This document shows positions 50,250 through 62,303 of a DNA stretch of 64,000 nt, piece by piece. The stretch comes from Callorhinchus milii. Lineage: Eukaryota. The stretch is taken from contig NW_024704743.1 in the NCBI RefSeq assembly GCF_018977255.1, positions 79,610,001 to 79,674,000 of the forward strand, given 5' to 3'. The notes under the pieces were generated by a model. It saw nothing but the letters and a program-made list of their open reading frames with translations, did no database searches and was not told the origin of the DNA. Position 1 is the first letter of the stretch. Each line of letters opens with the position of its first letter. A program made the position numbers and the translations under genes.

Positions 50250-50938
50250 GGAGTTCTGTAGCATATTGGTTAAAGCACACGTCTCATAAGTAAGAGGACC
50301 CAGGTTTGAATCCCAGGTAGGGCGAAATCTTAGACAAGTTTCCTTACTCCACACGCCTTTGTTTATCTAGGAGTAATTAGGAACACGGTTGTTAGTCAGT
50401 TGTTGGTCATGTTCCAGGGGTAATAATCTCTTTTAAAAAAATGTGGTCACTCAATACATGACTTATAATAATAATAATCCTTGCATTTGATTTAGCACTT
50501 GCATGTCTTCTAGACGTCTCAAAGCGCTTCACAGAATAATCTGTAAAAGGGAATTGACTGTATTTTTTTGTGTGGGCGAAACGTGGCAGCCAATTGCGCA
50601 CAGCAGTGTCCCACAAACAGTCGTGGATTGAAAATGAACAATTTATTATTGTTTTCGTTTTTGGAGGTATTATTATCAGGCGTGTGGAGTAAGGAAACTT
50701 GCCCAAGGTTTCGTCCTGCCTGGAATTGAACCCAGGTATCTTGCTTGCAAAGCGAGTGCTCTAACCACTGAGCTACAGGACTCCGACTGTTTGTGAGACA
50801 CTACTATGTGCAATTGGTTGTCATGTTTTGGACACAAAATATTCAGTCAATTCATTTTACATTATATCCTGTGAAAAGCTTTGCGACGTCTCGAAGACGT
50901 CATAAGATTCTATATCAAAAGCAAGGATTATTATATTA
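50250..50938 (+). mobile_element. Older long-form SINE split by a younger SINE
   Basis: Head at 50250; body breaks at ..caatacatgact and resumes at gactgtttgtgagacac (50785). Confidence 0.85.
50464..50784 (-). mobile_element. Young full-length short-form SINE nested in the opposite orientation
   Basis: Complete head through (ATT)n tail; gact on both sides. Confidence 0.93.
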
Positions 50939-52350
50939 TCAAGGAGAGAGATTCAATTCTGTTGACTCTTAAGAATTTACTACTAATAATAATAATAATT
51001 TACTGCCTTAACATCAATACTAACATTTCTAATCAGCATTTACACAGTGGTACTTTAGAAACAATGGGGTAAAATTTGCCTTGTTGTTTTTGTGAAATCA
51101 CATTTGGGTATAACTACACGTCAAGAGTGACAAATATGGTTCTGTTGCCTGCTTCCGTTGACTCCTGTGTGTGATTTTTAACAAAGATAAACAATTCTAA
51201 ATAAAGCTCTTTTTGCACTCAATGCACCACAGAAAAGGAAAACAATTTTTGGGCAGGATTAGTCTGGATCTTCCAGTGATTGTTGTTATTTTGCAAGATT
51301 AGGCACAAATGCATGCTATAAAGGCCAGACCCACCCAATGACTAAAGAACCTTCCGACTTATAATCATTCCCTTCTTATTGCGGAAAAGGGCCCCTAGAG
51401 TCTCTTCAGACCTCACAGGAAGCACAGATCGCAGCAGGGAATGGGGGAGGAACGCTGAGAAGGTTAGGAGACAATAAGCTTCCAGCTGTCAGCACTAAAA
51501 GCAGCCCTACAGCAACATTCCTGCAGAAAAGTGAGGAAGAAGCACCATCGAGAAACCTGCAATTATCAGATTGTTGTCACTGGGTGTTAACTCATGAAAA
51601 ATGGCAAGTTCAAATTAAAATATTTTAACAATAAATTTCAGAATCAGGATTGACAATAAACACAGTAGGTGTAGAAAATGTGCAAAAATGATTGTGTTTA
51701 ATCTGGCTTTTTGCTGGCATGGCGGTAGAGTGAGCACTGCATTGTGTGTTGTAAACATGCATTATGTGAGAGTGTGTTTGCAAGTTACATTTTATATCTC
51801 AGCGAGTGTTCAATCCTCACTGCCAAAATTTCAATCAAATCAGTTTTGGCACAAGCAAACCTTGGAAGCATATTGGTTCCAACAACTTTTTATTCATCAA
51901 CAATTACATTGACTAAGGAAATTGCTCTCCTCTTCCCTTTTCCAACCCTCTGCTCCCCCTTTTCCAGTTTCCTTCAGGATCAGAAGATGAGAAATGCACT
52001 GGGCCTGATCATCAAACATTAGACTACATCATGAAGTCTGAATGTTACAGGAAAACTCACATAGGTTGTATCAATCGGGACTATAACATTTAATACGACT
52101 TACACGTAGTTGCAGGTAAACTGTATAAGTCGCTTAAAATCCTACTTAATCAATAATCTACACTGCACATATAATTCAAGTAGCCAGTAAGTGCGCATTG
52201 GGTGACGGGTCAAAACTACGTTTCCTGCCATTCAATGCATCTCGATCGTTGAATCCTCATTTGGTTCCTAATTACTGTGTCCAGTTTAGCAGCAGCTCAA
52301 TCCTGTCTAAATTTCTCTCATTTTCTTCCTCCTCTCCTAAAGATATAATT

Positions 52351-52640
52351 GGAGTCCTGGTTAGAGCACTTGCCTCGCAAGCGAGAGACCCGGGCTTGAT
52401 TCCCGGCAGGATGAAACCTTGGGCAAGTTTCCTTACTCCACACGCCTGATAATACCTCAAGAAAAAAGATCATAAAATTGGTCACTTCAATCCACGACTG
52501 TTTGTGGGACACTGCTGTGCGCAATTGGCTGCTGCGTTTCGCCCACAAATATACTTTACCGTATATTCTGTGAAGCGCTTTAAGTTATCTAGAAGACAAG
52601 AAAAGCGCTATATCAAAGGCAAGGATTATTAGTTATTTTT
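52351..52640 (+). mobile_element. Short-form SINE with a deletion in the A box
   Basis: ggagtcctg|gttagagcac lacks tagctcagtg; the rest is near consensus. Confidence 0.9.
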
Positions 52641-52699
52641 GTCATTATAAAGAAATAACAAAAAGATTGGGTATTTGCTGATTAGCACAAGTCAGTGTC

Positions 52700-53200
52700 C
52701 CAATCTTGGAAGGCACATTTAGAATATTGTGTCCCATTCTTGTCTTCACACTATAGGAAGAATATAACAGTGATCGAAAGAGAATAACATAGGATTACAA
52801 GAATGATACCAGGTGATTGTTGACAAGATAGACTGGATGTATTGGGCCTTTTTTCATTAGAGAAGAAACGTTTAAAGGGGTACAATGTTGACATAAACAT
52901 GCTGTTCCCACTGGTTAGAGAATCAATAACCAGATATAATATAGTGACGAGGGATCAAAAAGAGAACTTACGAGGAATGACACGCAGAGGGTAGTGAGAT
53001 TATGAAACTCAATGCCCAAAGTGGTAGTTGAATCAGATAGTACAGTTGCATTCAAGAGGAAGCAAGACCTTCATATGAGGGAGAGGGAAATAGAAGGGTA
53101 TGGAAAGGAGTAAGGAATAGATGAAGACTCGTGTGGAATCTAAACACTGACATAGATTGGTTGGGCCAAGTGGCCTGTTCCCGTAATTTGTAAATATATT
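52700..53200 (+). mobile_element. CR1/L3 3' fragment
   Basis: HLEYCVPF..RMIPG..LGLFSLEKKRLKG..QRVVRL*NSMP..AFKRK, followed by a CR1-type 3' UTR. Confidence 0.85.
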
Positions 53201-53204
53201 CAAT

Positions 53205-53935
53205 CTAACAACAACAACTTGCACTTGTTTAGATAGAGCAACGTCTCAAAGTGCTTAACAGAGATAGAGTGGGCATCCGAGCAGGGTAGGAGATAGAGGG
53301 ACTTGACAAAGTGATGGTCAAAGAAAGAGGAAGGTTTTGAAAGTAGTGAAAGAGGCAGTTCAGTGGAGGGATTTAGGGAGAATGGGAGAAAGTGCCTGAA
53401 AGCTAACCTACCATTGTTGAGGCATTAAGGGTGGGGACATGGAGCAGTCTTCAGGAGGTGGAGTGGAAGGACTGAGCAGGGGAGTAGGGTTGCAGGATTT
53501 CATAGAGATAGGAGGAGGCAAGGCTGTGGAAGATAAGAACAAGGATCTTAAAGTCAATCCACTAAGGAATAGAGAGCTAATGTAGCCTAGCAAGAATGGG
53601 GGCAGGGATGGATCCAGGGTCGAAGGATTGTGGCGGGGAGGGGATGAGATCAGGATTTGGTCAACTAGACTCCACTCCTTTGCCTCCTTTCAATATGGGT
53701 TTGATTGGTGGAACTCAAATGATTGCACAGGTAGGGGGTCATCAACCCCCCCAACTTCCTGCCCCCCCCCCCCCCCACCCCACCTCTCTCCGCTGGGTGG
53801 GGGTGATGGGCACACGGAGTCTTGAAAAGGACAGAATGCAGGCTGTGGAGATCAGGATGATCTGGAACTTGTGGAGGGTGGAGCTGCAGGGCTGATGAGC
53901 AGAGGGTTGGAAAAATCAGGTCTGGAGGGGACGCT
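53205..53935 (-). mobile_element. Old L2 3' fragment
   Basis: aacaacaacttgcac tail; aggatcttaaagtcaatcc (IDFKIL); gatgatctggaacttgtggagg. Confidence 0.75.
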
Positions 53936-55337
53936 GAAAAATCTCCTGTTGAGATAGCAAATGCATCGTATCCAACTGGCCAAATTGTAATACATTTACT
54001 GCCTGGTAAAACTATTACAAGGTAAATAAATCATTAACTGCATCATTAGACCATGCATTTTAGCAGGAAAAGGAATGTCATGACAAATTAGCCGGCCAGT
54101 AAGTGAGGACAGTCATCTGACTGGAGAGGTGATACATTCCTGATAAATAGTCACAAGAATTAAATATCACAAGACTGAGTGATGTAATGAAAGGAAGCAA
54201 TTTATTACTGAGGTGAGTTCCCCTATAAAATGGCACAAAATGGACTCTTTGTAGAGCAATCCTTTCCTGTTAGTCGTTCTGCTGAAGGGAAGAGTAATGA
54301 AGTACTAGTGTTGCTGACTCCCTTTGAAAATTCCTGGGGGAAGGGGAAGAAAGGAAAACAAAAACATATCTCGACCGATCTTTTGGCAGTGAAGGTAAAC
54401 GCTCGGTGTAACTTCACTGAGTCCAGAAGCTTGTGCTGGACTAAAGCGCTTTTCATCAACCAACACAATGAGCCAGTGAAAGCTGCAAGCATTCAAAGGC
54501 CAGCAACATTCACAAGGTGCCTCATGCAGAAGTTCAGAGCTTTCACATGCTGTGATGGATAAAGGCTCTGAGGCGCACACATTTTAGCAAAGGCAGCCAG
54601 TAACCAGAATGTTGCGCAGGGCACTAGCCATCTCTGTGGCTCCATAAGTGAGTTGACTCCTGATCTATATCTGGAGTCTATAAATTTCATTCAGCGTCCC
54701 ACACATCGGCTTTGGAGATGGCAACTGCTAGGATGGGATTTGCCCACTTTTTGTAGCGGTGCGTCACTAAGGAGCTGTGGGTGATGCTGAACTGTATGTT
54801 TACCCCTATGTAGCTGATGGCTCAAATTGTTACAGAATAAATGGACTCGCATGTATGTTCTGATATAAAAGCTGCAGACATCAATTGGAGTTCAACTACT
54901 CTAGAAATATAATTGTAAGTAAACTTATATGAAAGGTTTATAACTTGAAGGAGCTACACTGTTTAATGCACTTCCTTATGTGCTAATTCAGTTATAACAC
55001 AGTAGCCATATGGATCCCACTCTTGTGTCAGCCTGAGCCAGAAGGTTCTGGGTTCAAGCATGTGTCGGAGCACAATCCCACACTGACTGTTCTCTAGTAG
55101 CTAGATGTGTGGCCATTCTTCACATGTGAATGTAGCTTTTCGGGTCTTTCACATAAGCAATTGTAAATAAGGAATCCTGCAGATTCCTGGATGTGCCTGA
55201 GGCTGTAGCCAGGAACTCCTCTCAGACACTACTCTCACTTCTGACCTCCTTGAAGCCAGATAATTCCAGCCAATGGACACAGGGCAGGAAATTGGTGTCT
55301 GAGCAGAGTTCCTTCTGCTTCAGACACATCCAGGACC

Positions 55338-55406
55338 TACAACAACAACAACAAAATTACATTTGTATAACGCCTTTCACGTCGGGAGGACGTCCCAAGG
55401 CACTGG
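55338..55406 (-). mobile_element. Very short L2 3' tail
   Basis: (CAA)n..cgcctttcacgtcgggaggacgtcccaaggcactgga. Confidence 0.8.
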
Positions 55407-55529
55407 AAAGCTTGATTCAAATGTTACAAATGTTACTTGTCACAAATCTTTTTATGATTTTTACAAATCACAGCCAAGTTCATTTGGATGTAACACTGAA
55501 ATGATCACAATCGAATACTGTAACCATCC

Positions 55530-55780
55530 AACGTAAACCAGGGGATATTGCACTGTGCTTTCCAGTAGGGGGCACTTCAGAGTAGTTTCAAAAAGGGCAC
55601 TATCCAGCAGAAAGCAGTGTATAGTGATTAGGATGCCAACTGAATTAAATCCATATCTTGTTTTTAGTTGTGCTCAAACATTGATCTCCAGGATCAGGAA
55701 CAGCAATGGAACAGGGGATTCTTCAAACCAAATCATTATGCAACTTTCACAAACAGAGACTCTGGGACACAATTTGTAGT
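55530..55780 (-). mobile_element. AmnSINE2-like fragment
   Basis: gatcaggaacagcaa..gatt..acaatttgtag, weakly colinear with 37525-37830. Confidence 0.35.
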
Positions 55781-55819
55781 AATTTGTAGTACTTAATAAT
55801 AAGAGTTGCTTGTCACATG

Positions 55820-56350
55820 TCAGCCTAATTCACTCGCCTCTTGAGTCAGAAGGTTATGAAGAAGTCCACTTTGAACTCGCATTCTAGCCTGACACTCCTA
55901 TGCAGTGCTGGGGGAGTGCTTCATTATTGGAATCATTGAATTAGAGCTGTCTGTTGGATGAGATGTTAAACCAAAGTACTGCCTGCTTGTTCAAGTGGAT
56001 GTTAAAGATCCAATGGCACGAAAAGAAGGTTTGAAAGGTTTCTCCTGGTGTCCTGATCAACAATCCCCCAAATAAATGATCATTAACTTCACGGATAATT
56101 GTGGGACTTTGCTGTTTGCAAACTGACTGCTGCATTTCACCTATAAATGCACAATAAAATCCCGTGAAGCACTTTGAGATGTCATGATGATGTAATAAGG
56201 CACTGTATCAAATGCAACAACACTAAAGCACTTCACTGGGTTTTTACTGTAAAAATGGAATGACTATTTTGTAGGCAAACGCAGCAGCCAATTTATGCAT
56301 AGCAATGCCCCACAGACAGCCATGAAGTGAGTAATCAATTTTATTCAGGG
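55820..56350. mobile_element. Older Deu SINEs, plus (55820-56215) and minus (56220-56350)
   Basis: tcgcctcttgagtcagaaggtt..tagcctgacactcc..ggatgagatgttaaacc..gatgttaaagatcc. Confidence 0.8.
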
Positions 56351-56354
56351 CATT

Positions 56355-56494
56355 AAACAAAACACAAAATACTGTAGATGCTGGAAATCTGAAAACAAAA
56401 ACAGAAGTCGCTGGGAACACTCAGCAGGTCAGGCAGCATCTATGGAGAAAGGAAAGTGAGTCAACGTTTCGGGTCCACGACCCTTCGTCAGAAC
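56355..56494 (-). mobile_element. Penelope-like element terminal repeat (pLTR) fragment
   Basis: Minus strand gttctgacgaagggtcgtggacccgaaacgttgactc..agatgctgcctgacctgctgagtgttcccagc..gatttccagcatct matches the chondrichthyan Penelope end as I recall it. Confidence 0.8.
56460..56494 (-). ncRNA. Minimal type I hammerhead ribozyme motif
   Basis: GUU-CUGACGA-A-GGGUC(GUG)GACCC-GAAA-CG-UU-GAC: both core boxes, a 5-bp stem II, palindromic ACGU stem III and a 3-bp stem I GUU/GAC. Confidence 0.75.
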
Positions 56495-56504
56495 AGGGTT
56501 CTGA

Positions 56505-56673
56505 TCTCGATAGAGATCGCTAGATTTTTAAAAAACTAAAGGGATTAAGGGATATGGGGATAGGGTGGGTAAATGGAATTAGGTTAGTAGATCTGCCATA
56601 ATCTTATTAAAAGGCGGAGAAGGCTCGAGGGTCCGAATGGCCTACTCCTGCTCCTATTTCTTATGTTCTTATG
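56505..56673 (+). mobile_element. CR1 (HER1-like) 3' end, low divergence
   Basis: aagggattaagggatatgggga..ggctcgagggtccgaatggcctactcctgctcctatttcttatgttcttatgt. Confidence 0.85.
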
Positions 56674-58129
56674 TAATGTGGAACTGAGCTGTACATATCA
56701 GGAAGGTCAGTTTCTGTGCTATGTTTGCTGTTTTCAGTCAAGACAGTGGTGGTGGAATGGGAGGAGTGGTACAGTCAGCCTCAAAAACCTGGGATTTGGA
56801 AAATCGGCGATGGTTCGCGAACCTAAAATTGCCCTTTTGCCCCCCTAAACCTATGCTCTCTTGTGTTTCTGGCTTGGTGTATGTGAAGATATTTTTTCTT
56901 GATTAATATTCTGTTGAGAATCCATGGGTATGGATGCATGTCTATCTATGTTCAAATAGGCTGCTAATGGGGAAGAATGAGCACTTCAGCAAGATCTGCT
57001 GATGTCCAAGGAACTATACCAAGGATAAAGCACCATCTCCAGAGTGGAGTGGAGGAGAGAAAAGGGGAACGATAAAATGCAGCATTAACTATTTATTTGG
57101 TTAAAAAATTATAATGTGTGGAAATGTCCCAGTCCCAGTGTAGAAAATAGACCCATGAATACCTTAAACTTAAAATATTGTTGGTGGTGCATTTATCTTG
57201 TCTCTGCTCCCTTTGCTTAACGTCATGCTGCAATTCTGATTATTACGAACTGGCTTGCATGCCATAAAATGTGGTGCAAGAGCAATAAACTGGTACAACC
57301 CATTTGACAGAATTCTGCCGAACGTACACAGCATGAAAGAAGTGCGCGAAAGCTTATTGATATCTGAATTACTCAAGCTTGCTACAAGACTGATAAAATA
57401 CAATTCACCAACATGACTCATCCATTCTTTCCACTGAGAAAAGCTTTGCCAATCTCAAATAGCAAGCACTCCCTTGTTTGACCAAGGATCAATTTGCTAC
57501 AGAGCCAGTCATACCTCTCAATAAGTCCTCTCTTATAGCATTTTTGTAAGGAGTGATAAATACGCTGCTGTTAGGAAGGATTTACCTGTCTAAGTAAAGC
57601 AAACAGGTTGAAATCTCTTGAGTCATTGCAAAACACTTAACTGTTTGTCGTGCCGCTGAGTTCAATGGGTTTGTTGTTCTGTGCTGCTATCTTGGCCAAT
57701 ACTTTGAAGTCTTTACAGGATCGCTCACGTCTGATGTGCCCAAAGTCAAAGACTTATGAGATCCATGGTAGCTGGTACAGCAAGGACCAACGCAAAGAAT
57801 CAATAAAAAACAGGCAAACAGCAGAGTGCCCTTTATTGCGTGTGGATGGAGCTGCATTTGAACAATTTAAAATCTGTATAATACAGCCAGTGTTTGCACT
57901 TCACAACTGACTTCACAAAAGATTGACTTACTCTGGCAATAATTTACTTGACAATTTTAGAGGGTTTGGAAAAATATCCTCCAGAAAACCAATCACTTTA
58001 TTAGCATCTTAGATCATGTTGAACATTTCTCAGTAGTACAATAACTACCATTAAATGTTACATAGAATATGTTAAGAAAACGGACCTTAAACTTTATAAC
58101 ATAACTTGCCATGTCACATTTTTTATTGT

Positions 58130-58455
58130 GCCTCATTGCATCAAAAAGTACTTAACAAGTAATTACTGTCAACATATAGTACTGTTTTACAGTCAAATGC
58201 ATAACAAGGTCCCACAAACAACCTTCAATTTATCTGGTGGATTTTTGACCAGGACACCAAGAGAAATTCCCTTCTATTTTCAGATAATATCATGGATTCT
58301 TTAATTTCTACCTAAACAAGCAGACAGGACCTTGGTCTAATGTCTAGTATGAAGGATTTTGACAGCGACGGGGTGCTCCAGCACTATACTATGTATCACA
58401 ATAGGTTGAATCTTTTGACACAGAGGCAAGAGTGCTATCAACGGAGCCAGGCCGA
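58130..58455 (-). mobile_element. Older Deu-domain SINE
   Basis: gtcccacaaac..ccaggacacc..cagacaggaccttggtctaatgtct..cagaggcaagagtgcta. Confidence 0.75.
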
Positions 58456-58564
58456 TAGTGGCTGAAGCCAGGATGCTGGACTTATTGAAGAAAGAGATCA
58501 ATGCTGTGATGGGAGAATGGTGGAATGAGTTCAAATCGGTCAAAGGCCCTTCTTCATGCAAACC

Positions 58565-58895
58565 AATCTACCTCTCCGACCTGCTTACCCCCACAACCCA
58601 CAACCCACTACCTTTGCTTGACTAGCTCCGGCCTTCTGCATGTCTCTCATGCCCTCCGTTCCACCATTGGTGGCTGTGGTTTCAGCCACTAGGCCCCGAA
58701 ACTCTGGAACACTCTTCCTCTATCTCTCTGCCTTGACCTTTCCTTCCCCATTTTCAGGTCGCGCCTGAATCCTTCCTATTCGACTGTACCTACGGTCACC
58801 TCCCCCTCCACCAGGCTCGGTGTTGTGTTCCGCTTCTGTCAAGCGCTCGAGAATGCAATCCTGCATGAGAGCCGCTATATAAATGCAAGTTGGTG
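58565..58895 (+). mobile_element. L2 3' fragment (variant B-like)
   Basis: ctacctctccgacctgctt..ttcagccactaggccccgaaactctggaac..aagcgctcgag..cgctatataaatgcaagttg. Confidence 0.85.
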
Positions 58896-59247
58896 TGATC
58901 TTGTGATTCCTTTTTAACCAAGTAGAGGCACTCAGCTTGCTGGACCTCCATCAAGGTCCATTGGCATGTCATCATTCTCCTCCACCCCATCCCAACATTG
59001 GTCTTCCTCACCCATGCTTAGTATTTTATTAGTGCTTCTGCAATAAGACTGCACTTCCCGTATTACACATTTCAGAGCTGAATGTTTGCTTTAAGTGGAG
59101 CTATTGAGTGTTACTTTGGGGTGTGTCCTGTTCCTGTGGTACACCATTCTTTGTTCTGTGAAGAGAGCAAACAGTATATTACTAAAAATACACATATATC
59201 CACAGGATGAAAGTATAAAACTGGCTTGACGCAACAAAAAAGGAGAA

Positions 59248-59350
59248 AATTATCGTATCAAACTGGTTAACAAAGATCTGAATTTCAGTCAATGATTATT
59301 GTTTGTCGACTGAAATTCTGATGTTTGTTTTCAGATTCACTATGATAAAT
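59248..59350. repeat. Long imperfect palindrome (hairpin)
   Basis: aacaaagatctgaatttcagtc (59269-59290) and gactgaaattctgatgtttgtt (59308-59329) pair at 20 of 22 positions; outer arms ttatcgta/tatgataa. Confidence 0.85.
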
Positions 59351-59371
59351 ATATGTTATGAAACATTGCGT

Positions 59372-59663
59372 GGAGTGGTCAGAGCACTAAGTTCACAAGC
59401 GAGAGGGCCTGGGTTTGATTCCCAGGCTGGGCAAAACATTGGGCAAATTTCCTTATTCCACACACTTCTGTTTACCTAGCAATAAGTAGGAACCTGGTTG
59501 TTAGTCGATTGGTGGATTGCGTCCTGGGATAAATAATCCCTTCAAAAAAAATAATAATTTGGTCACTAAATCCAAGACTGTTTGTGGGACACTGGTGTGT
59601 GCAATTGGCTGCCGCTTTTCTCCCACAAAATATATCAAATGCAAGGATGATTATTATTATTAT
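59372..59663 (+). mobile_element. Long-form SINE with deletions
   Basis: gggtttgattcccagg..ttgggcaaatttcctt..ctgtttacctagcaataagtaggaac..atcaaatgcaagg. Confidence 0.85.
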
Positions 59664-60034
59664 TGCATTTTTCACCCATTATGTTCACAATGTATATGTA
59701 CACAATAAGTGACAATGATTTGCACTTGATCTTTTTTTCCAGTGTTGGACTTTCCTGTGCTTCTATTAATCAAGCAATATCCTTCTTTACTTTACAGTTC
59801 CTCCAGTGTCCAGTCCATGATTATTTGTATCCTGTGACCATTGTTTGAAACCTTTGCAGTATCAAAGGCTGTCAGCAGCTGTTCGAATCAGTCCAGCAAA
59901 ACGTCTGCACCTCTAGGTGAGGATGAGTGGAGGAGATATATTGAAGAATATTTCACATGGATTTGTGTTGCTTCTTTGTGAGCCTTCACATAGTCTATGG
60001 TAGGGGAGGGGATTGCATTGCTAAAGGTTTGTGT

Positions 60035-60314
60035 TCAGATCAGACGATAAATCAAGGTCACCTTTTCAGATGGCGATAAAAATCCCACTGTACTGTTCGA
60101 AAAGAGGAGGGAGTTTCTCCTGGTGTTCTGGCCAACAAATCCCTCAAATAAAATTGGTCACTCACTCCATGGCTGTTTGTGGGATATTGCTGTGTGCAAA
60201 ACTGACTGCCATGTTTTGCCCACAAAATATACTTTACAGTATATTCTTTGAGATGTTTCCCCAATATGATAAGGCGGTATATCAAATGCAAGGATTATCA
60301 TTACTATATTATTA
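60035..60314 (+). mobile_element. Older Deu SINE
   Basis: aaaaatcccactgtactgttcgaaaagagg..aaattggtcactcac..atcaaatgcaaggattat. Confidence 0.8.
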
Positions 60315-60315
60315 T

Positions 60316-60590
60316 GTACTGGACCATATGGATTGTAATAGCCCTAGGCTTGGTCCCTCACCTGATTTGAGACAGCTGCTGGGTGGACACTACAATTTTT
60401 TTTAGCCCCAGGATAGAGAAGGCATAAACAGCCAGATTACTGATCCTGATTACAGTCCAGTGATTCCATGCTGAAATGTGAATACAGTGGGTGTTGGATT
60501 GAGGACAAAACCAGGCTCAGAGGTACTCGGATGATCTGACGACTTTTACTGTCTCTCACGAAGAATAGCTACCTAGGTGAGGTACAGGCA
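60316..60590 (+). mobile_element. AmnSINE2-like SINE
   Basis: cactacaatt..cagccagattactgatcctgat..tccagtga..gtgttggattgaggaca..gaagaatagctacctaggtgaggtac. Confidence 0.6.
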
Positions 60591-60671
60591 TCCACATAAT
60601 CATACCTTAGCATGAGATACTAGTATCACAAAAAGATGGAGATTGTTAGATAAAGGTTTTCTGGAAAGAAG

Positions 60672-60972
60672 GTTCATCTTTCAGGTGGGACGATAAATCT
60701 AGGTCAGGCTAGGTGAAGGCTAGGTGGACGATAAAGATCCCATGGAACTATTTGAAAAGAGAAGGGAGTTTCTCCTGTTGTGCTGGCCAACAAATCCCCC
60801 AAATAAAATTGGTCACTCACTTCATGGCTATTTGTGGGACATTAATGTGGGCAATTGGATTGCTGCATTCCCATACAAATGCACAATCACTCCACAATCA
60901 AGCCTGAGAAGCACTTTGATACATCCTCCTAACGTGAAGGTATTACACCAAATGCAAGAATTATTATTATAC
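60672..60972 (+). mobile_element. Older Deu SINE
   Basis: aggtggacgataaagatcccatggaactatttgaaaagagaagggagtttctcc. Confidence 0.8.
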
Positions 60973-62303
60973 AGTGGAAGACTGGCATTTCACTGGAGGC
61001 AACCATTCAGAAATTGAAGTTGAGGTGGTGCAGAAAGGTATTGTAGTTGGAGGAGGCGAGGAGAATTCATGGCTTGACAGCTGCTTTGTTTTACTTTAAA
61101 CAATGAGCTGTAGGGTGCCTTGATGCTGCCTCTCAGATGGTTAAGTGACAGCTCAGTAAACTAACACAAACTGATTGGTTGGTGAGCAGGCACTAATCCT
61201 CAATAGTGCCCCACAATCCAAGAATGTCATTTGAATTTTTAAAGAGAGTGTAGTGGCACTCAGACTCCTAATTTAATTTCACAGCGGATCCACTCTATGA
61301 GGTGTAGGAGAGTGCAGCTAATAATGAAAGCAAATAAAAGGGATTCACATTATAGTGTGAATGGCTGGGTTCAATATCTCACTTATTAGATGCAAAATCC
61401 TAAAAAATGTCTGATATAATTTCTTGGTTTTGAGTTGCTTTGGACGCCACTTCGCAAAGCAGTCAGCATATTATATTATTAAATTATATCAGCAGTGCTT
61501 CTTGGATGCAACAGAAGTTACATCGGTAGTGACCTGACAATCCAGAAGTCACATTTGCTTTCAGCAAGTTAGCACTGGAAGCCAAGTGTCCCATGCTTCC
61601 GCTTAGCATCAGTCCGCAGGAGACCTACGTAAGTGAGGCAGGTTCCCCTGTACATCTCTGTGTTCCTTCTTGCTGCACATTGTTCCTGTATTGTTACTTT
61701 GTAATAGGTATCTTAATGGAAGAAATATATTGCAGCTGTTGAACAATTACTGAATTTACGACAGTAATTTTAGCCAGCTTTAAACATTAGCAAACATGTA
61801 TTCTGCTCCAGCTTGCTTACAAGACAGATGATTCACATTTGATATAAGGTACTTTAATACGACTCACGTAATATCTTAAAACATGGAATTGAAATAACAG
61901 AGGGTCACTTCATCGGTGCATTATGAAACGCCAGCCAGCCAGTTAGCAGTCTTTACAAATGAGTGGTCCTTCTATCGCGGGGAATGTTTACACTGTTCAT
62001 TTAATGCAGCTAATGATTTCACTGCTGCAGAATGTGTTCATCAATCAAACTCATAAAACATCGGATATGCTTAATGCTTGAAATTAGGAACAGTATTAAG
62101 TCTTCAAATCTAAATGGGGTTAGTTACAAAGGGTAATGTGTACAGAGGCTTAATGAACAGCACTAAACAATTCCCCCATTAATGAGTAAAAATACCTGAT
62201 GTTGAGTCACAAAATTCTTGAGTTATGTATGAGTCCACTGTCATATATTGCTTTATCTTTTCCACGCGCTTTGTTATGTATTCTACTGTTATCACTCATG
62301 TAC

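Noticed and set aside
51066..51198. Small inverted repeat after ggggtaaaattt
   Set aside because: Probably a decayed MITE, but the arms are weak and the right terminus is missing
54230..54562. 110-aa ATG-initiated ORF
   Set aside because: No recognisable homology; comparable ORFs on the opposite strand suggest chance
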